Below, piece by piece: positions 38,273 through 50,323 of a stretch of 64,000 nucleotides of DNA (positions are counted from its first letter, which is position 1; each line of letters starts with the position of its first letter). The position numbers were made by a program, and so were the translations under genes. A model generated the notes under the pieces. It did no database searches. It saw only the letters and a list, made by a program, of their open reading frames with translations, and was not told where the DNA came from. The stretch comes from Podarcis vaucheri. Lineage: Eukaryota. Where the stretch lies: the NCBI GenBank assembly GCA_965113315.1, contig OZ220364.1, one strand, 5' to 3'.

Positions 38273-38505
38273 TCATAAAGAGTAGCTTCTTATTTCAGTG
38301 TGTACGTGTGTGATTTTATGATGACATTGTTGCTGAATCTGACTTTGTTGTTATTAATGATGTATTAATGTTTTGGATTTGGAAACTTTAAATGATGTAA
38401 GCCCCTTTGTGGGTAATTTGACTGCACAGTGAGCTGGCATTCTAAGTGATTGAATGGACAGGCTTTGGGTGACATGTAGACCCTAGTGAACTGGTTGATG
38501 CGAAT

Positions 38506-38553
38506 TGAATTTGAATTTTGAATTTATTATTAATACGGTCACCGACCAGCGTC
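38506..38553 (-). mobile_element. extremely 5'-truncated LINE tail with TSD
   Basis: Reverse complement gacgctggtcggtgaccgtattaataataaa(ttcaaa)n; flanked by gttgatgcgaat / gttgatgtgaat (11/12 identical). Confidence 0.7.
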
Positions 38554-41175
38554 GTTGATGTGAATACTATAATGGAGTGTTTATGTGTATATGGTCACAG
38601 GTAGGCATCCCTCTTTCTCTTTCAAGTGTCAAGCTATTTGGAGTTCTCCACAGCTTTATTCAAATGCAAAAAAAGGGTATGTGATGTACCTGACAACATA
38701 TACCTAACAGAGGTGTGGTATACCTGTCAAAACGGACCCTGGCTATTATTGGTCAGAAAGAGCCTGAGGTCTTCCCTCCAAGGGTAGGGGAGAGAGCCTT
38801 TAAAAGCAGATCTTCCATTGCAGCTTGGACCCTTCTACGATCAGAGTCCAGAGAGGAAGCTGACTCTCTTTGCTACCTCCTCATAAGCAGACTGAGATCA
38901 CTGTGCTATTAGTAAGTAGGACAGAAGTAGTCAGCTTTTGGAGTCATTGGGCTTTTTCTGTTTTTAATAATTCTGTGGGACCATGTTGCCCTCTTCCTTA
39001 CTTAATCTTAATGAAGTTTCACAATTGGACAAGTGAAAGCAGAGTGTGATTGCCACCCTTGGGATTCAGAAATCTCAATGTGCCTAGACCACTTTGGGTT
39101 TCATGCTAATGGAAGTCATAAGACCAGAGTGCGTAAAGCCAGGAATTTGCCCAGTTCTCTCTGGGAGAAGCAGAGAGCTGGCTTTATACTTCTGTGTAAA
39201 TTGCAAGGGATTGGCTGGAGGCATGAAGCATGTGGGTCCAGGAACCAGGGCTTTAACACTTAATTGAGTATCCCGTTTCCCCCTTTGTTTCTGGGGCTGT
39301 AGGTGACCGAGAAGGATGGTGGTGGAAGCAACTGTCAGATAGTAAGACCTAGTTGCTAGGGCTGTGGGGCTGTTGGGCAGCTGCTGTGCAAGGATGGGGT
39401 GTGAGACACTCTACTAAGCATCTCCCCTTCTCCACAAGGTTCACTTATGTTCCTTGACCAGATGTAGCTAAGGAGGACGAGTCCTATGCAGAGCAACTTG
39501 CTCTTATCACCCAATGAGTCTTTGGGCTCAGCAGCAGCAATGAATGAATGAATGAATATTTCTTCTCTCCTACTAAGAGAACACAGGGCAGTGTACCATA
39601 AAACAATATCATATAATCTATAAAAGTGCAACTAACTATATGAAATCAGATTTATTTCAAAGCTTAATTGGTGAATACTCACTGTGACCATCTCCAATGT
39701 AGTTTTTGCTCCACCTTTTGCAGGACAGTGAACTAGCAGTTTCCATGATGTAGAGAAGCCAAAAACGATGAACCACACCCCCCTCCAGCACACACAGTCC
39801 CCCCTTCTACTTGCTTCCTTATTGTAGTAGTGCTTGAACAGGATTCTGTTTAAAATGCTTTGTGATGCAGTTCCATTTGTAACAAACCCTGAAAGGCTGC
39901 TGATCCCAGAGTGATCTAATCACAATTAACAATTGTCATGGTAACCAGAGTTCTTAGCTGAAATCTGTGCATTCAGGAACTATGTGTACTAAAATTTTGT
40001 AAAGAAAAAGCATGTTTGGGATGGGGCCACTGTAAAAGCTGGAGCCTGATTGTCATTTTAAAAAAAGAATTCATTTAAAATCTACTTCAGCTGAAGAGCC
40101 CTCTTGGCACTTGCCAGGGCGTCCGGTGATAATGGCCATTACAGATCTCTCTGTCCCTGACCTAACTACTTTGTCTTCAAATCCAGCCTATGGCAGCTGG
40201 AGCAAAAGGAGAGGTTGTGTGAAGTCCCAGCTGCTTCAGCGCGTGCCAGGCTGGTTGTTTGGATTTAAGCTGTGGCTGTACTTGCATGTTTAGGCACATG
40301 GTCTTGGAGGCAATGGGCCAGAAGACTTTCCCTACAGCTGTCATAGACATGAAGCTGTCATGAAGATCAGGGACAAAACATCTTGAAATGAGGGATGTAA
40401 CGAAGAACATAAATCGTAGTTTAAGGAGAGCCAAAGGTCTTTGTGCTAGACAAGAGTCTTAGGAATTCAAAATGTCTAAGAACTGCAGCACAAAGAACTG
40501 GGTGGTGGCAGTATTTCACCCTCTTGTTAACAAAGGTGCTTGTTTGAAGATGAAATGTGGGTGCAGCTTCATGGCAGTTCTCTTGGTGATGGGATGTGTA
40601 GATGGGAATGATTCACAGGGCCAATGCAAGAAGTGCAGCCTGCTCTATATCAGAAGTAGTGTTAGCGCAGGATATATTTCCCACAGCCATTTCCTATCTT
40701 GTGGGGGGTGGCGGTGGAGCTTACCACCCTTCTAGCTTAGCACTAGAGTGCAGAACCAGGAGCTCAGGCCTATGTGGTGGGTGATAATCTTGAACCAGTA
40801 TTACTCCTGTAGTGCAGCAGCTGATGCAAAATTGCAGCCATCGTGGAGCCTCAGGTGGAGCTTGACAAATATTTCATTTGATTGAGGGGAGGAGGCAAGA
40901 GTTCTCCAGATCTCTGAGCCTTTGATGAGTGGTCAATTATAGCAGTCTTCTAGACTGAGAGTAGATTATTGTGACGATTATTGAATCTGGCCTGTGACTA
41001 ACCCCTTTCCTTGATGAAAGCATTGTAAGGTTTTAAAACCTTATTGCTCTGTAATAGATGTTGGAGGCCAAATGATGTAAGTTGCCAGCCTTAGCCTTGT
41101 GTTCCCCATCATTCAGCTTAGTCTGTGTTGAGAACTTGAAAGCTTAACAAATGCTGAACTCTTGCCTGCTTTTAG

Positions 41176-41280
41176 GTTCCAGGTAATTTTCACGTATCGA
41201 CACACAGTGCCACTGCACAGCCTCAGAATCCTGACATGACACATGTCATCCACAAACTAACCTTCGGTGACAGGTTACAG
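41176..41280 (+). CDS. ERGIC1: ERGIC1 coding exon 6
   Basis: gcttttag|GTT...TTACAG|gtgagt; encodes VPGNFHVSTHSATAQPQNPDMTHVIHKLTFGDRLQ; 105 nt. Confidence 0.97.
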
Positions 41281-41564
41281 GTGAGTCTTGAGTTAAGATA
41301 TCTCTTAAGAGGATGCAATAGAAGCTGCACTTGCTAACTGTTAAACTTTTATGTATGTTGTTGAATAGTCATATGTGGCATAAAAGGTTCCAGAGGGTGA
41401 AGAGGTTACATTTTTAGTCTGACATAATCTACTGTGAGACATAAAAGTATTTGGGAAAGGGCTGCTTCCCCCACCCACCCCGGAAAATAAAGAAGTATAC
41501 CTGATTGGTGCTTATAAGCACATACATATTATACCATGAAAATCCACTTTCATGATACAATATA

Positions 41565-41757
41565 CATTTGTACCTTGGATCCCGAACGCCTTGGAAGTTG
41601 AACGTTTTGGCTCCCAAACGCCGCAAACTGGGAAGTGAGTGTTCCGGTTTGCAAATGTTCTTTGGAACCCGAACGGCTGACGCAGCTGATGCGACTTGGT
41701 TTTAGAAGTCAAACGGACTTCCGGAACGGATTCCGTTTGACTTATGAGGTACAACTA
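41565..41757. mobile_element. Tc1/mariner (Tigger-like) MITE, degenerate
   Basis: catttgtaccttgga... / ...tgaggtacaacta; body homologous to 61212-61461. Confidence 0.75.
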
Positions 41758-44005
41758 CATTAATAAGCACCAGTTGTAGCAACAGCCTTTTTATGTTGGA
41801 TTGCATACCATCCATTCCCTCCTTTTCTTGACAGTTATATTCTGTGTTTCTTGTTTTTTTATTCTTTGCTAGGCTCTGTACTTTTATTTTGAGAACCCAA
41901 TAAAAATTACGAGTAAAACAAGCCAGTGGGCTGCATTTTTGGGTGGCGGGAGCATGCTGCAATGCTTCAAATCATTTGCTAGTGTAAAGGGTTCAGGCTG
42001 TAGCTTCCTTATTCTATAAATTGTTCAGTGGGCTCTCTGCCCATTCACATTTGCCAGGGGATGCTCGCTGCCTGGTTTATTTTCTGTTCTGCATTTATTC
42101 CTATATCTTAGGAATAGTAGGTGACATTCACACTACTACATATGTGTGGTTGTGCCTTGGTGACACATATGGGAGTGATATCCTTGGGAATATGGACTGT
42201 CGGAGAAACCACCAGACACTGCTTTGTCTCTGCCGAAGAGAAGTATTTCAGTCAAAAGTAGGAGTCGTCAGCACAGACAGTCTCCTTCCATGCCCTTCCC
42301 CAAATCTAGATGTTTTCAGTAGTGGGGGCAGGGTGCACCAGCCATCACGGAGAGCAGCAGGGGGGCTGCAGGGCGTCACAGGGGTAGCCAGGCGGAATGA
42401 GTGCAGCCACTGCCTGTCCTTCAAGAAGCCAGCTAAGTTTAGGCAGTGTTCCCCAAGGCAACATTTCCCAAAAAAGCTGAACAACTTTGGGTGATCTCTT
42501 AAAAAGTACTCCACCCCAGGTGCCGGCGGAGATTGCTATACCGCTGAGGTTTGGATTTAACTGTTGTGAACGTTACCATGTCACTCATTAGTGCTCCTTC
42601 GCCAGACTTAAGTCCCCATATGTTGATGCCTACAACCCCTATCATCCCAATGGTTACATGGCCAGTGTCCTGGGAGGATTGGAGTTGTAGTCTAGCAAAA
42701 TGGGGACTTCAGTTTGAGGATGGCTGCTACAATCCTTCCTCTATTCCTATGCTCTTACGGAGGACAGAGGCTGGAAAGAGAGGTTTCTTTTACCATCTCT
42801 CTCTTTTTAATCGGCTTTGGTTGTGGAAAAGCACATACTTGCCCCGTGGCCGGTATCCTCTGTAATGTTGTTACATAACTCTCAGTTTCACAATGGGGAT
42901 GTCTCACTGTACACCACCCTCTTCACCTACATTTCAAAGACTTCACTTCGCAAGAGTTGCAGTAGTATTTGCCATCACCACCTACTCACCACACGTACCA
43001 GCCATTCTTTTAAAACTATACTCTCATTGCAATTTTGGCTAATCAACACAGGCATTTCATTACACTTGCTTCGCACACACCTATTCCTCAAAAACCTTTC
43101 TAACACTCGTCTGGTTCTTGCCCTTAGCTTCCATGAGAACCATTAAAATATCAGCTTATTTGGCCCATCTGTGGGCACTCAAGGCAGCTTGCCTTACAAC
43201 AGCGATGTACAACATCCACATTAAAAACAATATCAGTAAGCTAAAAATGTGGACGCATCCTCAAAACGCCATCACAGAACCAGCAGCGTTATTCAGCAGC
43301 TTTTAAGATCCAGTGGGATTTTGCCTTCACATTCCTTAAAGCACCTTGGGAGTGACTCCATTATGTAATGCTCAGGCACACCTCTGCAATGGGTATTTAC
43401 CTGAACCCATCCCTTCCAAATTGGTTTCAGAAAATACCCGCTGCCTATGTGTACATTTTGTTCCTGAATCAAGCTGGTGTTTCCATGTGCATGGCCACCC
43501 TCCCACACCTGCCCTTCACCGTGCCGGTTGCCTTGCTCGTTTTACCTGTAGAATATTATGGCATGGGGGGAAAGCAGTTACTGCCATGCTGAAGTTTTTT
43601 ACTTCAGTGAACACAGAAACCTGCCTTAAAAGGTCAGACTGTTTGTCCATCTAGCCTACTCTTACTTATTCTGACTGTGCATCGTGAGCGTTAGATGAAA
43701 GCGTTAGATGAAAGCTGACTTTTCTGAAGGGGAGGGGAATTGATCATTTGAATTTTGTAAGGGCGTAATTGACAATAGGTAGGTGCCTTCGCTCTACCTA
43801 CTGAAAACTTTTCTGTTCCAGTGGGTCTAGTCAGATACAGTATATTATTTGGTCACATATGTTCTTAATTTTTAAAAAAATGTTTTACGTTGTCTGTTGT
43901 TGTTTAAATGTTTTAGATGCTTTTAATTGTGCTTCTTTTAAAAAATAAAAATGTAATTGTATCTGCCCTGGGCTTCTTTGGGAGGAAGGGCAGGATATAA
44001 ATGTA

Positions 44006-44264
44006 CCATATTTTTCGCTCTATAAGACGTACCAGACCACAAGACGCACCTAGTTTTTGGAGGAGGAAAACAAGGGAAAAAATATTCTGAATCTCAGAAG
44101 CCAGAACAGCAAGAGGGATCGCTGCGCAGTGAAAGCAGCAATTCCTCTTGGTGTTCTGGCTTCTGGGATAGCTGCGCAGCCTGCATTCGTTCCATAAGAC
44201 GCACACACATTTCCCCTTACTTTTTAGGAGGGAAAAAGTGAGTCTTATAGAGCAAAAAATACAG
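44006..44264. mobile_element. Tc1/mariner-superfamily MITE nested in a LINE-like tail
   Basis: TIRs ccatatttttcgctctataagac / gtcttatagagcaaaaaatacag, TA flanks, internal palindrome; splits a gggcaggatataaat...taataa tail. Confidence 0.88.
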
Positions 44265-45463
44265 TATTTAATAAGTAAGAAAGTAAGTATTAGAGAAAGA
44301 AAGCTACCTTAAAGTTGTACCAAAAGAACCCTTTTTGGTTTTCTATCCTCAAGACTTGAAGTCATGAGACCTGAATCAAATAATGGCCTTGAATTAATAC
44401 TAGCACGCTATCTTTGATGAATGCTACATATTTCAGACAAGATCGTGCATATAATTCTGCCCTCCTGGGGGAAGATGAACTCCCCTGACCCGTAGAGCTG
44501 AGATCAGCTCTTTTCAGAAATGCTGCTTCTTATTAAGCTGTTCTGATAGCACATCTGTGAATGAGGTCCTGTGAGAAAGAGTTGCAGTCATCTTTCTGTA
44601 TAATCCTTCAGTTGTCACTGTGCCGCTTGGTACAGGGTAAAGCCTCTCGATGCTAATATTTTGAGTAGCATCACAGAAGACCCAGATGTGCCATCCAGTT
44701 ACATTTGTCACCCTTGTGTCACTTGCCCCTTTTGTTGTAATTGCATGAGGCTTGTGTGTAATTACAAGGAAGCTGAACTGGGGGTGATGTGAGTACTAAT
44801 AATGGAGGAGGTGTTTTGTGGGTTTCCATTAATTTTATATTGTTTATATGTTTTGATTTTTATTGACGACCCATTAAACATAAGATAGTCACACAAAGTT
44901 TAAAACAATAAAATATTCTAATTTATTAAATTTGTCATATTAGATTAATAAGAATGCCTATGTAAAAGCACACACAACATAAAATCATTCTAAAACAGCA
45001 TTTAAGCTCCCTGCTAAAAATAATTTGCTCCAAAGACAAGAATACACTAAAGCATTGTCATTATTGTTTATTTATTTATTTACTTGTTAGGTGGAGAAAG
45101 GCTTCTGTCTTCAGGTCCCATTGTTGGTCTGTGAGGTTCTTTCTTATATTGGATGGTTTATAGGCTTCGGGCTATTGGAAAAGAGTGAGAAAGAGCTCTG
45201 CTATTTGCAAAGTTCTTTACTTGTGTTGATAGGCTGCACTGTAGTATATTTCACATGCAAGGTCAGTGCAAATGTGAAAAACCTATTGCCCAGAGAGGAT
45301 GAGAGATAACATCAAATTAAATTGCACAAAATGACTTTAAGCTCCTTGCCTCTCCTTCTACCTGCAGTGTTGAAGCTTCCACTGTTACAAGCTAGGTTGT
45401 CTCTGGAAGTATAAAAGAACAAACGTAATACAAAAGTTAATTCTATGCTCTTTCCCTTTCCAG

Positions 45464-45524
45464 GTCCAGAACATTCATGGAGCATTCAATGCGTTGGAGG
45501 GAGCAGACAAGCTCAGCTCAAACC
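45464..45524 (+). CDS. ERGIC1: ERGIC1 coding exon 7
   Basis: ttccctttccag|GTC...AACC|gtacgt; encodes VQNIHGAFNALEGADKLSSN(P); 61 nt. Confidence 0.96.
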
Positions 45525-45633
45525 GTACGTACACTGTGTTTTGCAGGGTCTTATCTGGGGTTAGTAAAGATGCCTTGATTGGCAAGACTGGTAGGAGCTA
45601 GCCAAATTTTATTTAATTCCAGGGACATGAAAA

Positions 45634-45791
45634 CTGTGTACACATCATATATTTAAAAGGTATGACTTTCCCCAAAGAATCCTGGAAACTGTAGTTTGTC
45701 AAGGGTGCCATGTGAGTAGTAAACTATAGTTCCCAAGCCTCTGCCGGGGGGGGGGAGTCATGTGCTTTAAATGTATGGTGTATATACACAG
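45634..45791. mobile_element. palindromic MITE-like element
   Basis: ctgtgtacacatcatatatttaaaaggtatgact ... agtcatgtgctttaaatgtatggtgtatatacacag long inverted termini. Confidence 0.7.
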
Positions 45792-45794
45792 CCA

Positions 45795-46312
45795 AAGAGT
45801 GTACGGCTCTTTAGAGACTAACAAATTTTATAAACTTTTTGTGAACTAGAGGCTGTAATGAAAGGCATCCATGGTGATAAGTGGGAGGGGGTGGGGAGTG
45901 AATAGTAGGCAGTGAGGTCATAGAGAAGTGAAATGCAAAAAAGGGCAGACAGTGACAATCCAGTTAGAGCTAGAATATATGTATGCAAGATAAGCACGGT
46001 GACCCTTTTACAGCGGTAGTCATAGGCGATAAAACAATCAGCTTGGTAATGATGAGGTAATTGACATCTGTAGTGGGAAAGGAAACCGTTGTGTCTGTTC
46101 AGACCCACCCTTTGTGTGCGTGTTTGGGGTGCGTGTGTGTATAGATAGACCGATGTAGTCTGCAACTGAGGATTACGCTGCATACATCTGACGAAGTGGA
46201 CTCTAGTCCACAAAAACACGCGTCAAATCTTGTTAGTCTTTTTACCGTGTCATCAGACACCTTTATCTTTTTACCATGTCACAGCAGACTAGCACTGCCA
46301 CCCCTCTGAAAA
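45795..46312. mobile_element. Penelope-like element fragment with inverted terminal segments
   Basis: tagagactaacaaatttt...gtgaactagag (about 45812-45851) inverted relative to ctctagtccac...ttgttagtcttt (46201-46241); ends gactagcactgccacccctctgaaa; hammerhead-like core at 46188. Confidence 0.65.
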
Positions 46313-47301
46313 TTCTTACAGTCTTTATTTATGTTCTTTATATAGCTGGGTTGTTATCAAATAATATTACAGTGGCTATAGGGATAAATTAATTTGATTT
46401 CCCCTTTTCCCTGGCTATAGAACAGAGAGGCCCAGATTAAAAAAAAACCATAGTTTGCCTGCTTATAACAAAAGTTACGGGGAACAGTTGGTCTTCTAAA
46501 GTGTTGGTGTGCTCCTCCGCCATGGACATAGGATTCCTAAACATCCTAGAGACTTTGGGCACTGAGTGGTCTATGTGAACCTGACTGATCTTTTAAGTTC
46601 AGCTTCAGAGGCCCTCCTGTGGCTGTTCCTTACCCTCCATATTTTTTAATGTATTCTTTCTTAGCAGTTTAATTTTGGCTGTATATAACCATTCTGGTGA
46701 CTTTTAGTGGAAAAGTAACTTGAAAATATTTGATATAAATACCTAGATACAGAAAGGAGGCAGGGCAAAGAGAGACAGACTTGCAAGGTTTTTAAGAGCA
46801 TCTGTGTCATAGCCAGGAAATGAGCCTGATCCTAACCAACATCTTAATTTTTGGTATTTCCTTCCTTGGTGTTTACTTATCGGCTGTCATGAGTTAGTCT
46901 AAATTGGGCATGTAGAACACTTCTGCAGTCTGAATGTGCTGCTCTACATCTTAGCACCACTTGCAGTGTATTTCCTACTCCATGAAACACACAGCAGAGG
47001 GAAACTCTGGCCCCCTATTTCCCCCTCTGCCCCATGAAGTTGTATTAAAAGGCATTATTCCAGGACATTCTTTCTCTGTGCTGTCAGGTGCTGTTGAGAC
47101 CGAGTGGTTGCTTTCCTACTTTTGGCTTGATTATCCATGAAAGCAACCATTGCCAAGGATACAATATATGAAATGAAAATAGTGCTTGAATGTTTTAATC
47201 CCAATGGGAAGGACTGAGTGTAGGGAAATAAACTATATAGTGTGCCAGTCCTCTCTCCAACCTGGAGTATTGTGCTCATCCTATCAGCCAGTCCTCGGAA
47301 A

Positions 47302-47470
47302 TTTTCTAGATCCGTTTCAATTGGGGCTTAGGTCCAGTTTTGGCACAGAAACTGCTTTGGTCGCCCTGTAGGATGCCCTCTGTTGGGAGAGAGATAGGGG
47401 GAAATGTGCCCCTGTTAATTCTCCTTGATCTCTCAGTGGCTTTTGATACCATTGACCATAGTATCTTTCT
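47302..47470 (+). mobile_element. LINE (L2-like) reverse transcriptase fragment
   Basis: Translates FLDPFQLGLRSSFGTETALVAL*D...LLILLDLSVAFDTIDH (stop plus frameshift), the non-LTR RT motifs QxGFR and DLSxAFD. Confidence 0.88.
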
Positions 47471-47507
47471 GATTGATTGATTGATTGATTGATTGACTGA
47501 TCGATTG
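47468..47507. repeat. (TTGA)n microsatellite
   Basis: Read directly from sequence. Confidence 0.9.
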
Positions 47508-47705
47508 AATATTTAATTTCTATACCGCTTAATATATTAAAAATATCTCTAAGCAGCATACAAAAAAACTGAAGCAGCAATAGACAACTTAAAACAAAAT
47601 GTTACAAAAATACACAGTTACATATGAAAATGTTAATACAATGTTATTAATATATATCAATCAATATAATTCATTTTCCTTCTGACGCACCCTCCCTGTC
47701 AGCCT

Positions 47706-47960
47706 TTGGGTTCTCACCCATTGTCTAAACAAACTCTCAGCTCACCCACAAAAATCTCACAACAATCATACAATCATAGAATCTTAGAGTCGGAAGGGGT
47801 CCAAGGGTCATCTAGCCCAACCCCCTGCAATGCAGGGATACCAGAAGAGTTCCTGGTAACAGCAGACATCGCCCTAGTCTCTCACTGTAGATTTGCTTTT
47901 TCTGGGCAGGCCCAAGGTGGGTGGTACTTCTCAGACTGCCCACAACTGTGCCCCATTCAT
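47706..47960 (+). repeat. unclassified interspersed repeat, copy 1 (interrupted by a SINE fragment)
   Basis: Aligns by eye with the reverse complement of 53447-53616 (shared gggcaggcccaaggtgg(g/a)tggtactt, gacatc(g/a)ccctagtctctc). Confidence 0.8.
47766..47838 (-). mobile_element. short SINE with CR1-derived tail (Squam2-like), 3' fragment
   Basis: Reverse complement tgcattgcagggggttgggctagatgacccttggaccccttccgactctaagattctatgatt; same tail as 54035-54168. Confidence 0.75.
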
Positions 47961-48420
47961 TCTGGAGTGACTGTCCAAGTTGGGGGTGGGTGCCACTGCT
48001 TCTGGTAAACTATAGTAGGGTTGTAAGCGCCAACTCAGAATAGTCCTTGCCAATGGTTGCCCGTACCAGCTTTTTACAGTACATCAAAAAGGTCCAGTGA
48101 GTGTCTTGAAACATCTGCTAATTAAAAAAAAAAAAAAGGTTGTGGCACATTCCCAAAGTCTTGTTTGTGTACCTTCATATCTGTGGACTGAGTATGTTCT
48201 TCTGTGTGTTGGTCAGGTACGACTTCTGTGCTGAGGAAAATGCAGACGGACAAAAGTGTATTGTTCTCTGCAAATAATGAATTGACTGGGTTAAGCCAAT
48301 TTCGATTTAAAAAAGAAAAAGCTGTACTTTTAAAGCTGTCCATTTCAGGGATTGCGTTTCTGAGCATAGTCTTGTGCTGTGACTTTTGGGGGGTTTCAGC
48401 TTTCTCTCTTGTTCACGCAG

Positions 48421-48521
48421 CCCTTGCATCCTATGATTATATATTGAAAATTGTTCCCACGGTGTATGAAGACATGAGTGGCAAGCAACGGTACTCATAC
48501 CAGTATACTGTAGCCAGTAAG
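48421..48521 (+). CDS. ERGIC1: ERGIC1 coding exon 8
   Basis: tctctcttgttcacgcag|CC...AGTAAG|gtaagc; encodes (P)LASYDYILKIVPTVYEDMSGKQRYSYQYTVASK; 101 nt. Confidence 0.97.
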
Positions 48522-49876
48522 GTAAGCATGCAGTAGTATATCCTTTGCTAGAAAGTGCTTGATGCAGCACACCCTGCTGGAAGAGCCTTCTGTTGCAGGT
48601 CCCATTTCCACTGTCGCTCTTACTTCGGTTGTGCTTCCTTGTGCTTGAAGTGAGTGTAATAGCAGCCCCTGCTGGAAAAGCGAAGAACTGATAATGAAAC
48701 GGAGGTGCCATTGCATACTAAGGATGTTTGAGGAATTTGATCTGATCTGATGCACAACTCCTAGGTTGAAACTTTGTAATCCACCAGATGCAGTTCTCTG
48801 CTCAAAAAGCTTACCAAGATACATACGCTGTATCTAAATAGATTTCCTGTTTTGAAATAAAATATTTTAGAAGTGCATATTTAGAGAGAAAGTTGGTTTC
48901 GAAATTACACTTTGAAATGTGTTCAGATGTGCATTTTCATGTAGCTATTACATAGCTGATTAACGCAGAATGGGACAGAATGGACTGACAGGTGGATACC
49001 TGTGAAAGAGACACAGACTGGAAACAGACTGATTCACCTATTTCCTACTTCTTGGTTTGCTATCGGTAATCCTATATAACCAGTGTTGGGAACCTTGGGC
49101 TCTCCAGATGTTGCTGAACTACAACTCCCGCTATTCCTGGTCATGCCAGGGTTGCCAGTGCTGATGGAAATTGTAGTTCAGCTGTCTGCGGAGGCAGAGG
49201 TTCCCCGCCCCTTCCTAAAGCATTACTTACCCCTCAGCTCCTAACTTTTCAAGCAGTAAGGCAATATAAGGTTGAGGGTCTGGAGCAAAATGGCTTGTTT
49301 TCCAGTGGAGGAGGTTAACACTTTTTTAGTGTGCTTACTCTTTTCATTCCAGCCTGAATAACTTGGGATGGATACCCACACATGGTGTTTCTTTTGATGT
49401 GACATGTTTTCAGAATATTGAGCTGCTCATAATTTTTCATCCTGTTTTTTTTAATACATCAAGGTCTCCAAATGTGGGCTGGGTGTACATGAATATCCAA
49501 GTGGGGTGGCTGCTAAATATAAGCTCAGGAAGGGGCAGAAAGGTTGCTTGAATCTATCCCAATTGGATGGGATTCAGGGGAAAAAATGAAACTGTTTCTT
49601 CCCAGTCTCGAGGTAGTCTCATGTTTGCCAGAGGGTTCTTTTTGAGGGGCAGGCATGATTCTCTCTACTTCTAGTATAAGATAGTAACCTTATTATGTTG
49701 TCCTTTACCTTTTATTAATGGCCATTTTGAGCAGACATTTTAGAATGTCCAATGAGCTGGTCATTTGTCCCACCACTAATCCATTATGAGCTAGTGTAAC
49801 ATAGTGGCTAAGAGACTGATCTGTAAACTACAAAGTTCCTTGTTCAAATTTCATTTCTGCTATGAGCTCCTTAGGT

Positions 49877-50097
49877 CAGGGGTGGACAACTTGCGGCCTG
49901 AGGGCCACATATGACTCTTTGACTAATTTCACGTGAGTGGCAATGAGGGAAAATCCGAGAGGGAAAAGGGGTGACAGATAAAAAATGAGATGCCCCAGCC
50001 TCTTTTTACTCTGGCCAACACCAGATTCTGCTCTGCCCTCAAGAAATTATCCCAAAAGGAATACAACCCTCAACAGAAAAAAGGTTCCACATCCCTG
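49877..50097. mobile_element. hAT-type element nested in a MIR-like SINE
   Basis: CAGGGGTGGACAAC...GGTTCCACATCCCTG with perfect 8-bp TSD CCTTAGGT (49869-49876, 50098-50105); host SINE head with A/B-box-like motifs at about 49790-49868. Confidence 0.85.
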
Positions 50098-50200
50098 CCT
50101 TAGGTAATCTTAAGCAAGCCCCTGGTTCTCAGCTGGCACCACCAAACCCTCTCCAAATGGAGATTATAACTCAGTTCTACCTTATATGAATCTTTTTCAG

Positions 50201-50323
50201 GAGTACGTAGCATACAGCCATACAGGCCGCATCATTCCAGCCATCTGGTTTCGCTATGACCTGAGTCCTATCACAGTGAAATACACAGAAAGGCGACAGC
50301 CCTTGTACAGGTTCATCACAACA
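50201..50323 (+). CDS. ERGIC1: ERGIC1 coding exon 9
   Basis: tctttttcag|GAG...ACAACA|gtaagt; encodes EYVAYSHTGRIIPAIWFRYDLSPITVKYTERRQPLYRFITT; 123 nt. Confidence 0.97.

Noticed and set aside
43687-43715. 13-bp tandem duplication agcgttagatgaa
   Set aside because: Ordinary slippage duplication with no functional context
48204-48420. Open frame extending about 72 codons upstream of exon 8
   Set aside because: No ERGIC1 homology, GTG start, intron-like composition; chance open frame
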